The position numbers and the translations under genes are program-made. From NCBI GenBank assembly GCA_951406725.2, contig OX597828.1:15314001-15378000 (forward strand): 64,000 bases of DNA, given 5' to 3'. This stretch comes from Octopus vulgaris (lineage: Eukaryota). This document shows positions 12,690 through 26,702 of the stretch, in pieces. The notes beneath the pieces are model-generated. The model did no database searches. It was not told the DNA's origin and saw nothing but the letters and a program-made list of their open reading frames with translations. How positions within the stretch are numbered: position 1 is the stretch's first letter; each line of letters opens with the position of its first letter.

Positions 12690-13380
12690 CAATAATGAAA
12701 TTATTGTATACAGTGCTCAGGTGCACCACAACTTGTCAAAAGTGCATATAAAGCATGTACAGTAATGTACAAATGTCTGGAAAGTGAACAGTGTATAAGT
12801 CAGAAACATGCTTGAGTGTGTATGGAGGGGAGAAAATCTGGTGTAGTGTTGGCAAATCTCAGGAAGCATCGAAGTTTTGAAGGATGCAGTGCTCCGACGA
12901 CAAACAACTGATGCTGGCAGTTTGTTCCATGCTTCAGCAACTCTTAGCATGAAAAAAGTTTCCGAAAGTCATGGGAGCTGTGCTGTTTTCTGACTTTGTA
13001 AACATGTCCATTTGTGTGAGACAGGTGGAGTTTGAAAATGTGCTCAGAGTTATTGTTAGTAAGATGGTTAATAATTTTATGGGTGTCTGCCAAGTCAGCT
13101 GCTAGATGTTGGAGTTTCAATGTACCCATGCCCAGGGAAGTAAGGCTTCAGAATATGGCAAATGCCTGATGGAGGGTATTCTCTTGGTTGCACGTCACTG
13201 AATGGTTTCCATACGATTAATATCCTGGGCAAGATAGGGGTTCCAGACCAGTGATGCAAATTCCAAGTGAGGCCACACCATAGCTATATAAAGCCTCAAA
13301 TAGATAACTGGAGAGCGGCTCACAAAGGACTTGGTAAGTGATGCCAAGACACCCTCAGCCTTCTTGGCAATTTTAAGCAA
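12690..13380 (-). mobile_element. CR1-clade LINE 3' fragment (degenerate)
   Basis: LY.AMVWPHLEFASLVWNPY..DINRMETIQ and LRVAEAWNKLP. Same 3' UTR (GTGCACCTGAGCACTGTA) as 520-978. Confidence 0.85.
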
Positions 13381-14972
13381 TGTGTTTTATCCAACACAAA
13401 TGAAATGCTTTATCTGCACAATTTTAGTCACTACCAAGCAGTCAGTTTTAGAACAACTTAACATGTTTAGCTGGGGAAAGGAGAAAGATGCCTTGAATTA
13501 ACAAGAGAAAGAATAATGCAAGGGTTTAATCATCGGTGGAATGAGTAAATCACTTGTAAATGAAATTATGTGTAGAAAAATAGAAGGTTAAAAGGAGAAA
13601 AAGAGTGGCCAAAGTGAAACTGCATCAGTGATATTGAGGTTGATTGAGATGAGGACATCAGAATGAATGCATAAGGAAAGCCCCAAATTGAAAAAGATGG
13701 AAAATATCAGTTAAAAAATTCAAGTGCCCCAATGGTAGAGATGCTGTAGGCATTGCTACAGTGTAAAGCACAATAGTTCTGTGTGTTGAAAGCTAGTCAT
13801 CTCGGTTGTAAACACAATGCAGTACTGCTTACATGATACTAACCACAACCCTCCCTTGTATCGATACTTTATCAAACTTCTCGTTATAAGACACAAATAT
13901 CCTTTGATTTTTTACTGAATTGACTTGTACAAACACAAATAACTATTAGCTGGAATATTCACAGAAAGAGCTTGAATTCAATTAGGATGTGAAATTTGAG
14001 AAATATTAAATTACAGCTTGCGTAATGATTAATATTTCTCCGGAAAAGAAAAATATTGAATTTAAACAGCATTACTAACCTATATGATTGTTCCAGAGCT
14101 GTAATGGATAGTGGTTGTAACATTTTATTCTGGTTTCTTGTTACGTCCAGCAGAAAACATATCTCATAACAATTATTGCTTGGTTATTAGAACACAAGGT
14201 AACACACAAATGTTCTGTTTTTATAAATTTAGAAATCCACTACTATAGAAACAGTGAGACACAACCTATCTTAAATCAATACCTCTCTCTCTCTCTTTCC
14301 CACCCCTCTCTCTCTCTCTTTCCCACCCCTCTCTCTCTCTCTTTCCCACCCCTCTCTCTCTTTCCCTCTCTTTCACTTTTGTTTCACTTGGCAGGTTTCC
14401 CAACTACCCGGATATTTTATTTACTACATTTTCTGTACTAATAATATACTCAATCAATCAATCTACATATCCATATTTGTTCATTTTGTCTTAGTATAGC
14501 CAAGTAAATTGATTTATTTACATTTTCCTTACCAGATCTATCCATCAATGGGCTGTCACCTGTATTGACGCAGGTAGTGTAGGAATATACATCACATACA
14601 TATACACACAGAAATATATTTATCAGCTGCGTATTTGTGCTATAAATAGATGAAACTGTGGGAATTTTCCCAGTCGAATAGCATTTGATTGCAGATGGTG
14701 TCTGCCTGGCAGTGGACAGCTAGCCAAGAAGTTACTGGTTCATGATCTAACACTGGCATTGTGTTGTTGCTATAACAAAGACACATAACTCTGCATGGCC
14801 ATGTTAACTTAGTTCCACTTACGATAGAATGGTTATAATCAGCTTACATACAAGGACAGAAGCACAAACTCTGAAATCCCGAGAAGAACCAATCTGCACT
14901 GCAGTCAGCAGGAGACTGTGGCAGACCAACTGCCTGAAGAATGAATACCCAAGACAGTTATACAATGAGTAT

Positions 14973-15138
14973 AGGTGCAGGAGTGGCTGTGTGGTAAGTA
15001 GCTTGCTAACCAACCACATGGTTCCGGGTTCAGTCCCACTGCGTGGCATCTTGGGCAAGTGTCTTCTGCTATAGCCTCGGGCCGACCAATGCCTTGTGAG
15101 TGGATTTGGTAGACAGAGACTGAAAGAAGCCTGTCGTA

Positions 15139-15189
<51 letters not shown>

Positions 15190-15396
15190 GTCTGTGTTTG
15201 TCCCCCTAGCATTGCTTGACAACTGATGCTGGTGTGTTTACGTCCCCGTCACTTAGCGGTTCGGTAAAAGAGACAGATAGAATAAGTACTGGGCTTACAA
15301 AGAATAAGTCCCGGGGTCGATTTGCTTGACTAAAGGTGGTGCTCCAGCATGGCCACAGTCAAATGACTGAAACAAGTAAAAAGAGTAAAAGAGAGA
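14973..15396 (+). mobile_element. Family A SINE
   Basis: Full-length match to 6638-7047. Confidence 0.9.
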
Positions 15397-15426
15397 GTAC
15401 CACCAATAGGATGAAGAAACAGATAG

Positions 15427-15513
<87 letters not shown>

Positions 15514-16399
15514 CAAGAAAACATGGTATATTACCTTTGATGAAGATCTGAAGGGATGTAGCATCACTTGGAAAGATGCAAAAACTGGAATGATTGGAGG
15601 CATTTTGCTGTCTAATGTATAATATATAGGTGAAGTGGGACAGAGAACTAAGACAGGGTAAAAACTTCCTCTATGTCAAGAAAATCCAGACCTTCAACAG
15701 CATATTAACAACTCATAATTACAATACTAACCACAACTATAAGCATCAAACAATAACCGTTTATCCTCTTCACAGCAGTAAAGAACCTCTTGAAGCTACA
15801 CTCAAAGAAGAAGTTCAGTCCGTCAGTATTCAATGTAACTCAACATTTCTGCATTATTTAACAGTAAACTTCGTAGTTGCAGTGTACACAACAACCTATA
15901 ACAGCTGGCTTTGTGTAATGTGAAATTGTGTTAATACATGCATAATGTATATCTAAGTTTAACTGGTTGGAACAGTTGATGTCTCTTAATTTACATATGA
16001 CTCATTGAGCTTATTGACACCACTCACTTGTAATATCCTTGTAATCTGGTCGGAACAGCTGCGTTTACTTGACTTATTACAATCTGTGGCTGCAATGAAG
16101 TAAGGGAATTTCAATGTTATATATATTTTTTTCAGAAATGTGGACACAATAAAATTCGAAGACCCAGTCTTCAGTGACAACAAGAGTGCCAATAATGATT
16201 TTTAACATGGGAAGATGCAAGCAGGGACATGTAATTAAGAAGTTGGCCTCCCAATCACGTTTTTTTAGTCTAGTATCACTAAGTAGAACTTTGAGCAAAG
16301 ATCTTCTATTACAGCCCTGGGCTGACCAATGCCTTATGAGTGGATTTAGTAGACAGAAACTGAATGAAGACCATCATATATATAAAATAATATACATAA

Positions 16400-16788
16400 T
16401 ATATAAATATATGCATATATACATATATGTACATACCTACATATATATGTATATATACATGCATATATGGGTACAGGACATCAAAAAAACAGTGAACAGA
16501 ATGAGAAACGAAAACATAAATACAGAAACATAGAAACAAACTTTTTGTTGAACAACGAAAAAAACAAACAGAGAAACGAGACATACAACATAAAGAATAT
16601 TCCCCTTCTTCAGTTGTCCCTGTTTCATCTACTCCACGTTTTGAAGGCAAGGACAAGATGCAACTTCATTGAAACAGTCCTTCCTGCAAAGCAAATTAAA
16701 TAAAATTTGGAATTTTTTGTGGAAGGTGAAAGTGGTAACAAGAACAGGACAGTGAGAACAAAACACCAAAAACAAACGGTGAGGGCTG

Positions 16789-16790
<2 letters not shown>
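16400..16790 (-). repeat. Dispersed repeat shared with 24470-25400 and 28434-28750 (possibly Penelope-related)
   Basis: Shared CA(A/G)CTG(A/T)NGAAGGG..T-rich tract..GTCCTGTA..ATAT motifs. Confidence 0.6.
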
Positions 16791-16851
<61 letters not shown>

Positions 16852-17824
16852 AAGAGAGAATATGAGATAAGATTAATAAAAGTTTATGCACATACATTCA
16901 TATATATATAAGCTGTTCCTTGAAAATAAAAACACTCCCACTATTCTTTGTATACACACACACATGCATGTATGTATGTTTATGTCACTTTATCTTGACA
17001 TTACATGATTGTTGTAAGTGAAGGTCATTTCCAATATTCTGCAAAAACATGTCTGAGCATGGAGAAATGTTGCTTAGAAACAAGTAAGGGTTTACAACAA
17101 GAAGGGCATCTGGCTGTATAAAATCTGCCTCAATAAACTCAATCCGATCCATGCTTGCATGGAAGAGTAGACATTAAAACAATGACATTGATGATGATAA
17201 AGATCTTTTATTTTGGTAGAGGATATTGGTTAATCAAATTGATGCCACCCCTTAATTTATTGATCACCAAAGGATAAAGGATTAAGATGATCTCTGTGGA
17301 ATTTCAACACAGAAAGTGAAGAGGCATTACTGCACACCAATAAGCATATTACCATCATTCAACAGTGAGATTTTCACCCACAGTACCACATATGGTTAGC
17401 GGATATGCCACAAACTTTTGTGACATACTAGCAAACCTTATGAGCAACAGACTTGTGACAGTCATCCTAATTTTATGTTTGTTTTATCATACAAGCATTT
17501 TTTAAAACAGATCAACAGATGTCAGCATCTTGTTATTTGTTACAGAAAAATTACCCTCAAAAAGTTTTGAGATGAGAAATGTTTAGATATTCAGAAGCGT
17601 TCAAATATTTTTAACGTGCAGGTGTGGCTGTGTGGTAAGAAGCTTGCTTCTCAACCACATACTTCCAGGTTCAGTGCCACTGTGTTGCACCTCAGGGAAG
17701 TGTCTTCTATTATAGCCTTAGGCTGACCAAAGCTTTGGTCAGCCTACCTGGTAGATGGAAACATACCTGTCATATATATATGTATGTGTGTGTGAATGTG
17801 TGTGTCTTTGTTTGCCCCCCGCCT

Positions 17825-18056
17825 ATTTCTTTACTACCCACAAGGGGCTAAACACAGAGGGGACAAATAAGGACAGACAAACGGATTAAGTTGATTACAT
17901 TGACCCCAGTGTGTAACTGGTACTTAGTTTATCAACCCCTAAAGGATGAAAGGCAAAGTCGACCTCAGCGGAATTTAAACTCAGAACGTAACGGCAGACA
18001 AAATACGGCTACGCATTTCGCCCAGCGTGCTAACGTTTCTGCCAGCTCGCCGCCTT
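17825..18056 (-). mobile_element. Family B SINE inserted in a family A SINE (17617-18210)
   Basis: Near-identical to 1167-1390 and interrupts a plus-strand family A copy. Confidence 0.8.
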
Positions 18057-19665
18057 CCCTATATGCCCTCCACCACCACCACTTGACAACCACTTGTTGG
18101 TGTGTTTAAAAATACAAAGTACAGGTGTCAATACATTCAACAAAAGTTCCTCAAAGCAATGCTCCAGCATGGCCGCAATCTAATGATTGAAACAAGTAAA
18201 AGATAGATGATAAAAGATATACCACATTGTGTTGAAGGAATATTCCTTTGGAGCAAAGGGCAATGAATCCATCTCTGCTTTATATCAATTTTGATACTCA
18301 TTTTATTTTCTATTTTCAGACATAGTATATCTAGAGTTACATTATGTAATGTGTCTTGTTATGCTTAAGATAAGAAGATGTAATTTGGAGGAGAATTAGT
18401 ATCTTTATCTACCATGAATTTTATCTGTTTCAGTCATTATTGGACCATGACCATGCTGGGGTACAACCTCGAAGGGTTTAGTTAAACAAATTGACCCCAG
18501 TACTTATACTTAAGTCTCATACTTATTATATTGGTCTCTTTTGCTGAGCCACTAAGTTATGGAGATGTAAAGAAACCAACACACCTTCAAACCTGGCAGA
18601 AACAGCTGTTCTTACTTGACCTATTACAAACTTTGGCTGCAATGAAATAAGGGAATTTTAACATTGTATATAATTTCCCAGGAATAGAGACATAATAAAA
18701 TCCAAAGAGCCACTTTTCAGTGATGCATCTTCCAATCTCAGTTACTCTAACCCCCTTAAAACACACATCATTGCACTCACCCACAGCTATTTTGCAACAA
18801 TATACATCCACATAAAAATTTCACCTGCCATGCACATAGTTATACTATGTTACATACACATATATACCATCCTGACAATATTTGCAATCAGCTTTCATTC
18901 ACATATACATTTTAAAAAGATTAACATACATACGTCTTTAGCACATATGTGCACACACACCCATATATACATACAACACATATGCCAGCCTTACAAAACA
19001 TTCTTACACCTCCCTATACACATTCCCCAAAAAACAACATACACATGCTTTTAACTTTCACTTTCAGATACATATGCAACACCTATTAGATCACCATACC
19101 AGATATACTCATATAACATATATATATATGCACACAACCAGCTTTTGCACATGCGCATGCACCACAGACACACACACATGACTATTGTCTCTCCTTTCAT
19201 TCTTTACTGAAGGCCATTCTAGCCTACTTCACTCTACATAGTGATATTGATAGAGTTTATGTTATTTTTTTTTTGCCTCTTTTTCTTTCTTTACCCCACT
19301 TTTGATGAATGATTTCAATCCAGAAAGTTAAAAATATTTCTATGTTCATTTTCCTCATACCGTAAAGTGGTTGGCATTTGGAAGGGCATCCAGCTGTAAA
19401 AATCATGCCAAAACTGAATTTGTCTGTACTGGTGCCACATAAAAAGCATTCAGACCACTCTTTTGAGTGGTTGGTGTTAGGAATGGCATCCAGCTGTAAA
19501 AACCCTGGCAAAAGAGATACAGTAGCCTAGGGTAGTCTTCTACCTAGCTGGCTCCTGTCAACCATCCTACCTATGCATGATGGAAGATGGATGTTAAATG
19601 ATGACTATATGTGTGTGTGTGTTGGCATGGGTTGGACTGTATATATATATATGTGTGTGTGTGTG

Positions 19666-19718
<53 letters not shown>

Positions 19719-20052
19719 TTATGTATATATATTCATATTCACACATATACACAAACATATATAGCAAATCCCTAAATACCATGTAGTATTTACATCCTTA
19801 AAGTGATGTCAGTTAATATATGAATTTAGCTATTTGGTGAATTGGGAACCAGATTGACTACTTTGGTGGATATAATTAACTAAAATCCTTGCAACTGGTG
19901 CTCCAGTATTGCCACAGTCCAACGACTTGATTAACATTTGAGTAATTTTTAAATAGAAGTTAAGCATACTTCAGCAATTGAGGATTTAGGCTGAGTGTGG
20001 TAAATTGTTGGGTTATAGTTGGTCAAGTTACTACTGTGTCAGACTACTTTAA

Positions 20053-20257
20053 CCCTTTTGTTACCATATTTATTTTGAGATACTCTGTGTTTCTTTCAAT
20101 TAATTTTAAATATAACAAAGAATTTAGTAAAACAACTTAGTTATCATTAAGCTAGTGTTAGGAACATAAATTGTGGTGGAAGATTTTAATTCAAAACTTA
20201 TGAAAACAAGACATTTGTACTACAGAGCCAGTTTCAGCCGGGTTGGTATTGAAAGGG
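20053..20257. mobile_element. piggyBac-like MITE
   Basis: TTAA|CCCTTT...AAAGGG|TTAA. Same family at 26493, 35006 and 35937. Confidence 0.85.
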
Positions 20258-20550
20258 TTAAGAAGTATTGACAGTTGGTGTGAGTGCAGCAACATAGTGA
20301 AATCGCACTCATGGTCAACAACTGCCGTAAATTAATTTGCAGGAAAAAAAAAGGGTTTAATCTTTGTATGGGTCGTTAAAATGAGTGGAGAACAAATTAA
20401 ATGAAGACAAACATACATAACATTTGTAGGCTGCTCCAGACTGGGGGGAGCTCCATAAAGTTTGAATCGCTGTAGGAAAAGCATATGGAGTTAAAGAATT
20501 CTTGTAAGAGTTGCAGCTTTGTAGATGCAATAATGATGACAAAAGGAGGG

Positions 20551-20616
<66 letters not shown>

Positions 20617-21000
20617 CAGGTAAGCTGAATATGCAGCTAGCAATTTCAGAGATAAGATAAAGTGTGTCTATACGACAAATCTTTGTCAATCAGCCAAGTG
20701 GCATTTTTCTGAAAAATATATTTTAGGATGTTTGAGAGTGCATCAGTAGCACTGTTTTATTTTAGGTATAAAAAACAATAAGTGCAGACATAGGTGTGTC
20801 GTTGAGAAGTTTGCCTCACAACAGCAAGGTCTCAGGTTCAGTTTCACTGGGTGTCACTTTGGACAAGTGTCATGTTAATTTTCAGGGTGACATTTGAAGG
20901 TAGAAACTTAACTGTGGTATATGTGTGTGTGTGTGTGTGTGTATGTATGTTTCTCTCTCTCTCTCTCTTTCACCCTATATATATATATATATATATATAT

Positions 21001-21667
21001 ACTTTATATAATTAGGGTTCAGGAAAAAAATTTGCTTTACCACATCCCGAACTTTTAGAAATAGCAGCCAAAGAATTTAGCTATTTCCTCTACTGTAAGA
21101 AGAGTCTCCCAGACAATGTATACTCAAAACCAATTCACGTAGGCATAGAGGGAAAAATAACGAAAGTTCACTTGAAATTAGATTACTTGTGAACGCGTTT
21201 CTGGGTTGGTCAGATATAGAGATGCTAGAAATACATCCCTATTCTAACATTCCTGTCATCAGCACAGAGATTTCATTAAATTTAAATTTGAGAGCACTAA
21301 TAATCGAACATACATATCTGATTTGAGTAACCTCAGACAAACCACCTTCAACATCCAACGAATTCAAAACACGAATGAGGCTCCGCATATTCATTCGTCC
21401 ACCCATGTGAGTTATAGAGCAACAGATTCCTACAGAAGAATCTGTAGTTTATTATCAGGGAGAGAATTATATTGTCAATAATAATAAAGGGCAAAATTAA
21501 TTAATTAATTAGTAATTAATAATTTTACCAAGCAGTGTTCAGTATGTAAAAGGACCATTTACGGTAAATTTAAACATTACTTTATATAATTAGGTTTCAG
21601 TGAAAAAAATTTGCTTTACCACTTACCGAACTTTTAGAAATAACAGCCAAAAAAATTTAGCTATTTC
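21001..21667 (-). mobile_element. Direct-repeat-bounded unit (about 88-bp repeats, 578-bp period) containing a hammerhead motif; Penelope/retrozyme-like
   Basis: 21001-21087 matches 21579-21667. A hammerhead core lies on the minus strand at 21188-21266. Confidence 0.55.
21188..21266 (-). ncRNA. Minimal hammerhead ribozyme motif
   Basis: Reverse complement: TGTG-CTGATGA-CAGG...CCCA-GAAA-CGCG-TT-CACA. Stem I is TGTG/CACA and stem III is palindromic. Confidence 0.6.
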
Positions 21668-22029
21668 TTCTTGGAGAAATTTGGTAATCAGAAACTGCAC
21701 AGAAGTTCATTGTATATGTATATGTGTTATTATTCAGTTTTATTTCAAGATTTCTTGCCAATAGAGAAAAATCCAATTTCTAACATAGATACAAAGCTCC
21801 TTCATTGGAATTTCAACAACATCAACAGGATATGTATGTATGTAGGTATGTATGTATGTATGTATGTATGTATGTATGTATGTATGTATGTATGTATGTA
21901 TGTATGTATGTATGTAGGTAGGTATGTATGTATGTATGTATGTATGTAGGTATGCAGATTTGCATGTTTTGTTTAATGTATGTATTCTCATGCATATAGT
22001 TGCATATCTAGACATGTTCATACATATAC

Positions 22030-22293
22030 TTAAATGATAAACTTATGGAAAGTTTTACAGATTTTTACAGTTCCAGTGATGACTTGAATCTGTAGTCTTT
22101 GAATCGGCTTTCTTCTTCCTGATTTTGAGAAACCTAATTTCTCAAGATTGGTATTTAGGCAGTGTGTTACATATCCCAGTGCCCCAATAATTACAGGTAT
22201 AAGCCTGAACTTGTAATCTGGATAGATTAACTGCAGATTTCTCAGTAGTTCAGCATAGATATTCTCTTTCCACTGGGCAGCTGATTTCCACAA
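22030..22293 (-). mobile_element. R2/R4-type non-LTR retrotransposon C-terminal fragment (restriction-like endonuclease end)
   Basis: K...Y.EL..L..IYP.YK..LIPVIIGALG..L..LG, typical of the end of RLE-clade ORFs. Confidence 0.7.
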
Positions 22294-22338
22294 ATATACA
22301 CAGTTTCTTTTCTCTATCTCAAATCATTTGTGTGTGCA

Positions 22339-22398
<60 letters not shown>

Positions 22399-23241
22399 CG
22401 TGTGTGTGTGTGCATATGATGAATATGTATGCATTTGTTCATGTGTTTTTGCATTGAAACTACGTGAGCAACTCTTGCCAGCATAGAAAACAAAGGTGGA
22501 TGTAAAAGCAATGAATATAGCTACATTGAACAAAAGTATTTTGCAGTATTTTGACTCTTTATACCAGGTGAACTTAGCACTTCAATAAAATAGCACCAGA
22601 AAAGCACAGAGAACAATATAATGGACTAAAATTCTTGGAACTAGCACACCAGGATGGCTGTATTCCAATGACTGATACCAGTGAAAGAATATTATATAAA
22701 TAAATTGGAAAGTCATTAGATTAATTAACAAAAAGCAAGTTATTGAATCAGAGACGTCTAAATTGGTTATGTGTTGGACTATCTTAAGAGGTGAACAGTT
22801 CTTGTGTCAGCAACATCAATGCTATAGTAAGTGCCAAACCATTTACCATCCATTGGCTTTCAAAAGATTTTATAGGTTAGCATGCAGGAAAGGAACCAAT
22901 CTTTCCAAGGAACATTTAAAAAAAATTAATCAGCGTCAATGATTTCTGTAGGCCATTGTGGATTGATTTGTCAGAGGTCTAACTTGAGCATCTATGGCAA
23001 AGCACGGGCAGGTAGGGAATTCTTTAAAGTTGTAGCTCTGGGTAGGTGGATCACAAAAAGAGAGACAGGTATATGGTGTATGCAACTTGCTACTTCGGGG
23101 CCTGTTGTAATAGTGACAAAAGAGGCAGGAAGACATTGTGTGTTTGTAAAATGAATCGTTGCCAATCAGCAGAAATGGTTGATTGCTTTCCAAGTCTAGG
23201 ATATTTGTGGGAGTATGTGTGTGTACGTGTACATACATACG

Positions 23242-23286
<45 letters not shown>

Positions 23287-23317
23287 ATATGTATGTATGT
23301 GTGTATATACATATATT

Positions 23318-23348
<31 letters not shown>

Positions 23349-23432
23349 ATATCAATAATACAGTGATTGTTTCTTATCAGGAACAAAATGTTTAATAGGA
23401 CTGCTATAGAAGTGCTCAATTGAATGAGACAA

Positions 23433-24316
23433 ATATATCAAACTAAAGTTATAGAACAAACAAATGCAAGGTCATCCACATAACATTTCATAACTCAAAC
23501 ATTTAATCATAGAAAATACATTTAGACATCACAGAAGATGGAATATAATTCATCTGTACAAGCATATAAGAAAGTGCGAGAAAAAATGTGTGAATATATG
23601 TGAACACAGTTCATCACGGTTAAAAGTTAATACTTTAGCGATTAAGAAAAATATTTTTTTTTTAAAAACCATTACAACACCTAGAAGGTAAAACGTAAAA
23701 ATAAAGTATAAAGTAATGTGTATATATATATATAGGTATATAAAAAATATATAAATATAGGAAGCATATAAAAATATATAATATATAATGTAAAATAAAA
23801 TAAAGGTTCATCGTTTAGAAAATCTTATATTTTCTAAACGATGAACCTTTATTTAATTTTACATTATATATTATATATTTTTATATGCTTCCTATATTTA
23901 TATATTTTCTATATATTTTTATATACCTATATATATATATCATCATCATCATCATCATCATCATCATTTAGCGTCCGTTTTCCATGCTAGCATGGGTTGG
24001 AGTTCTGCTGGGTCTGTGAAGCCAGAAGGCTTCATCAGGCCCAGATATAACTTTATACTATATTTTTACCTTCTAGGTGTTGTAATGGTTTTTAAAAAAA
24101 AATATTTTTCTTAATCGCTAAAGTATTAACTTTTAACCGTGATGAACTGTGTTCACATATATTCACACATTTTTTCTCGCACTTTCTTATATGCTTGTAC
24201 AGATGAATTATATTCCATCTTCCGTGATGTCTAAATGTATTTTCTATGATTAAATGTTCGAATTATGAAATGTTATGTGGATGACCTTGCATTTGTTTGT
24301 TCTATAACTTTAGTTT

Positions 24317-24324
<8 letters not shown>
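23433..24324. repeat. Long inverted repeat (about 390-bp arms, about 5-nt loop at ~23826), with an RTE-tail insert in the right arm at 23941-24044
   Basis: ...GGTTCATCGTTTAGAAAAT-cttat-ATTTTCTAAACGATGAACC... The complementarity continues out to ATATATCAAACTAAAGTTATAG / CTATAACTTTAGTTTTGATATAT. Confidence 0.9.
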
Positions 24325-24391
<67 letters not shown>

Positions 24392-24400
24392 CATACATAT

Positions 24401-25402
24401 TTGGAAATGGATGCGTGGCATTCAATTAAATAATAACACAAATAATATATTTATATGTATATATGACCCTCCATGTTTGTTTTCGTTCGGTTTACTTGTA
24501 TGTCTCCACTGTCCTGTTTTTGTTCCTAACTTTGACCCTCCATAAATCCAGAATTTTATTTTGGAATTTATGGGAGCAACTGTCTTTGAAGACTCATATT
24601 GTCGTTGAATGCTCAAAATGAGGAGTATTTAGAGAGCCGACAACTGTTGAAGGGTCGGCCTTTGTGTTACTTGTCCTCTTTCCCATTTTTTCCTCTTGTT
24701 GTTTGTGTATTTAACTCGTTTGTTTTTGTACTTCATGTTGTTTACACAGTTGGTGACGTCCTGTATCCATATATATATATTATTTATATTATTATTTAAT
24801 TGAATGTCATGCGTCCATTTCCAAGTAAGTTTATCTTAACCATTTTGATGTGACTTTACTCTATACCGTTTTCTCCCTCGTCCTTCTCTAATTCCCTTTT
24901 TCTTCCTTTCACCGTTTTCTGTCTCTCTCTCTCTCACCCTCTTTCTCTTGTTGCTCACATGTGACCATCATCCAACTTTCTTTTCCTGCATGATGCTTTA
25001 AGGACTGGATGTCTTTTTTCTCTTTCTTCTATCTTTTCTCTTTTCAAAGAAAATATTTCTCCCAGCGTTCATTATTTTCCTCTTGTTCTGGACTACAACT
25101 CTCCATGTTTGTTTTCGTTTGGTTTCCTTGTATGTCTTCAATGTCCTGTTTTTGTTTCCAACTTTAACCCTCCATAAATACAAAATTTTATTTTGGAATT
25201 TATGGGAGCAACTTTCTTCAAAGACGCATATTGTCGTTAAATGCTCGAAATGAGAAGTAGATAGAGAACTAACAACTGATGAAGGGTCGTTCTTTATGCT
25301 TCTTGCCCTGTTTTCCATTTTTTCCTCTTATTGTGTGCGTATTTAACTTGCTTGTTTTCGTACTTCATGCTGTTTACACAATTGGTGACGTACCATACCC
25401 AT
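24401..25402 (+). repeat. Tandem about 300-bp units (24470-24770, 25102-25402) with an inverted 35-bp terminal segment
   Basis: Duplicated CTCCATGTTTGTTTTCG..ATGGGAGCAACT..TTTACACA.TTGGTGACGT. 24401-24435 is the inverse of 24790-24824. Confidence 0.7.
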
Positions 25403-25409
25403 GTATGCA

Positions 25410-26490
25410 GAATTTAGTTATAACCCAGAAGAAAGTATTACTTTTTCTGCATATTTCCGAAGATATGAAGAAATATTCAAAGAGGGATGCAACAATTGGA
25501 CAGACAATGAAAAGGTACGACTACTTTTAAAAAAATTATCTCCTGCCGAACACGAAAAATATTGTAACCTCATTCTGCCCCCCGCCGCCTCCGTGTGTTA
25601 AATTTGCTTCGATGAAACAATTAAATTGTTATCGAAAATTTTCAGCGAGAGAAGTTCCCTGTTCGATACTTGCTGGGAGTGTTTGAAATTAGTAAAAAAA
25701 GATGGTGAAGATTTCATCACCTATGGCGGACTTCTCAATCGAGAATGCCAAAAATTCAAACTAAAAGAATTAATCCCGGACATGTTCAAATATTTAATTT
25801 TTGCTCAAGGGTTAACTGCAAGCAAAGATCCGGGGCTATGTGCCGGATATTGACAAAATCAGAACAGGACCAGAATTTGACTCTGCAGGTAATGGCAGAA
25901 GAATGTCAGAGAATTATTAATCCATGACATGGCACAAATGAAATTGATGAAAAGGATTATTCTCACATACATGCATGTTGACTTGTAACGGATAAGGAAA
26001 AAGAAAATGAAGATCAAGACCCAATCCCTGTTATGGGTGCGAAGGTCTACGTTTTAAAAATAACTGTCCGTTTAAAAATTTTAAATATTTTAACTGTCAA
26101 AAAATCAGACATAAAAGCTCACATTGCAAAACAGAAAAAAAAAGGTCGAACGGAAAAAAATTCTGGAAAAGTTTTCTCAACAGAAAGTCGAGGCGAGGCT
26201 CACAAAAGAAAGTTTGTGCATAAAAATTAATAATGTGAACGTGAAGTTACAGCTAGATACAGGCAGAGATATTACAATTACTAACCCTGATACATGGAAA
26301 AAAGAAAAGGAAAGCCTACATTAATGGAAACTTTAAAAATTGCGAAAGATGTCTCAGGAAAAAAACTACATTTTGGGGGCGAAATGATAACTGAGGTTAC
26401 ATTTTGGGGTAAAACCTTGAAAGTAAAGGTTTTTGTATCAAATAAGGCAACAAACTTGTTCGGTACTGACTTGATGGAATTGTTTAATTT
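25410..26490 (+). mobile_element. Ty3/gypsy LTR retrotransposon gag-protease relic (frameshifted)
   Basis: FSYNPEESITFSAYFRRYEEIF..W.D.EKVRLLL.KL..EH.KY.N.ILP (K02A2.6-like gag), the aspartic protease motif LQLDTG.DIT, and NLFGTD. Confidence 0.85.
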
Positions 26491-26492
26491 AA

Positions 26493-26702
26493 CCCTTTCA
26501 TTACTGTATTTATTTTGAGATGCTCTGTGTTTCTTTTAATTACTTTAAATATAACAAAGAATTTAGTAAAATAACTTAGTTATCATTCAGCTAGTGTTAG
26601 GAACATAAAGGTTTGGTGGAAGATTTCAGTTCAAAACTTATGAAAACAAGGCATTTGTTCTCAAAGCCAGAGCTGGTTTCAGCCAGGTTGGTAACGAAAG
26701 GG
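26493..26702. mobile_element. piggyBac-like MITE interrupting the gypsy relic
   Basis: TTAA|CCCTTT...AAAGGG|TTAG, with the same internal sequence as 20053-20257. Confidence 0.8.
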
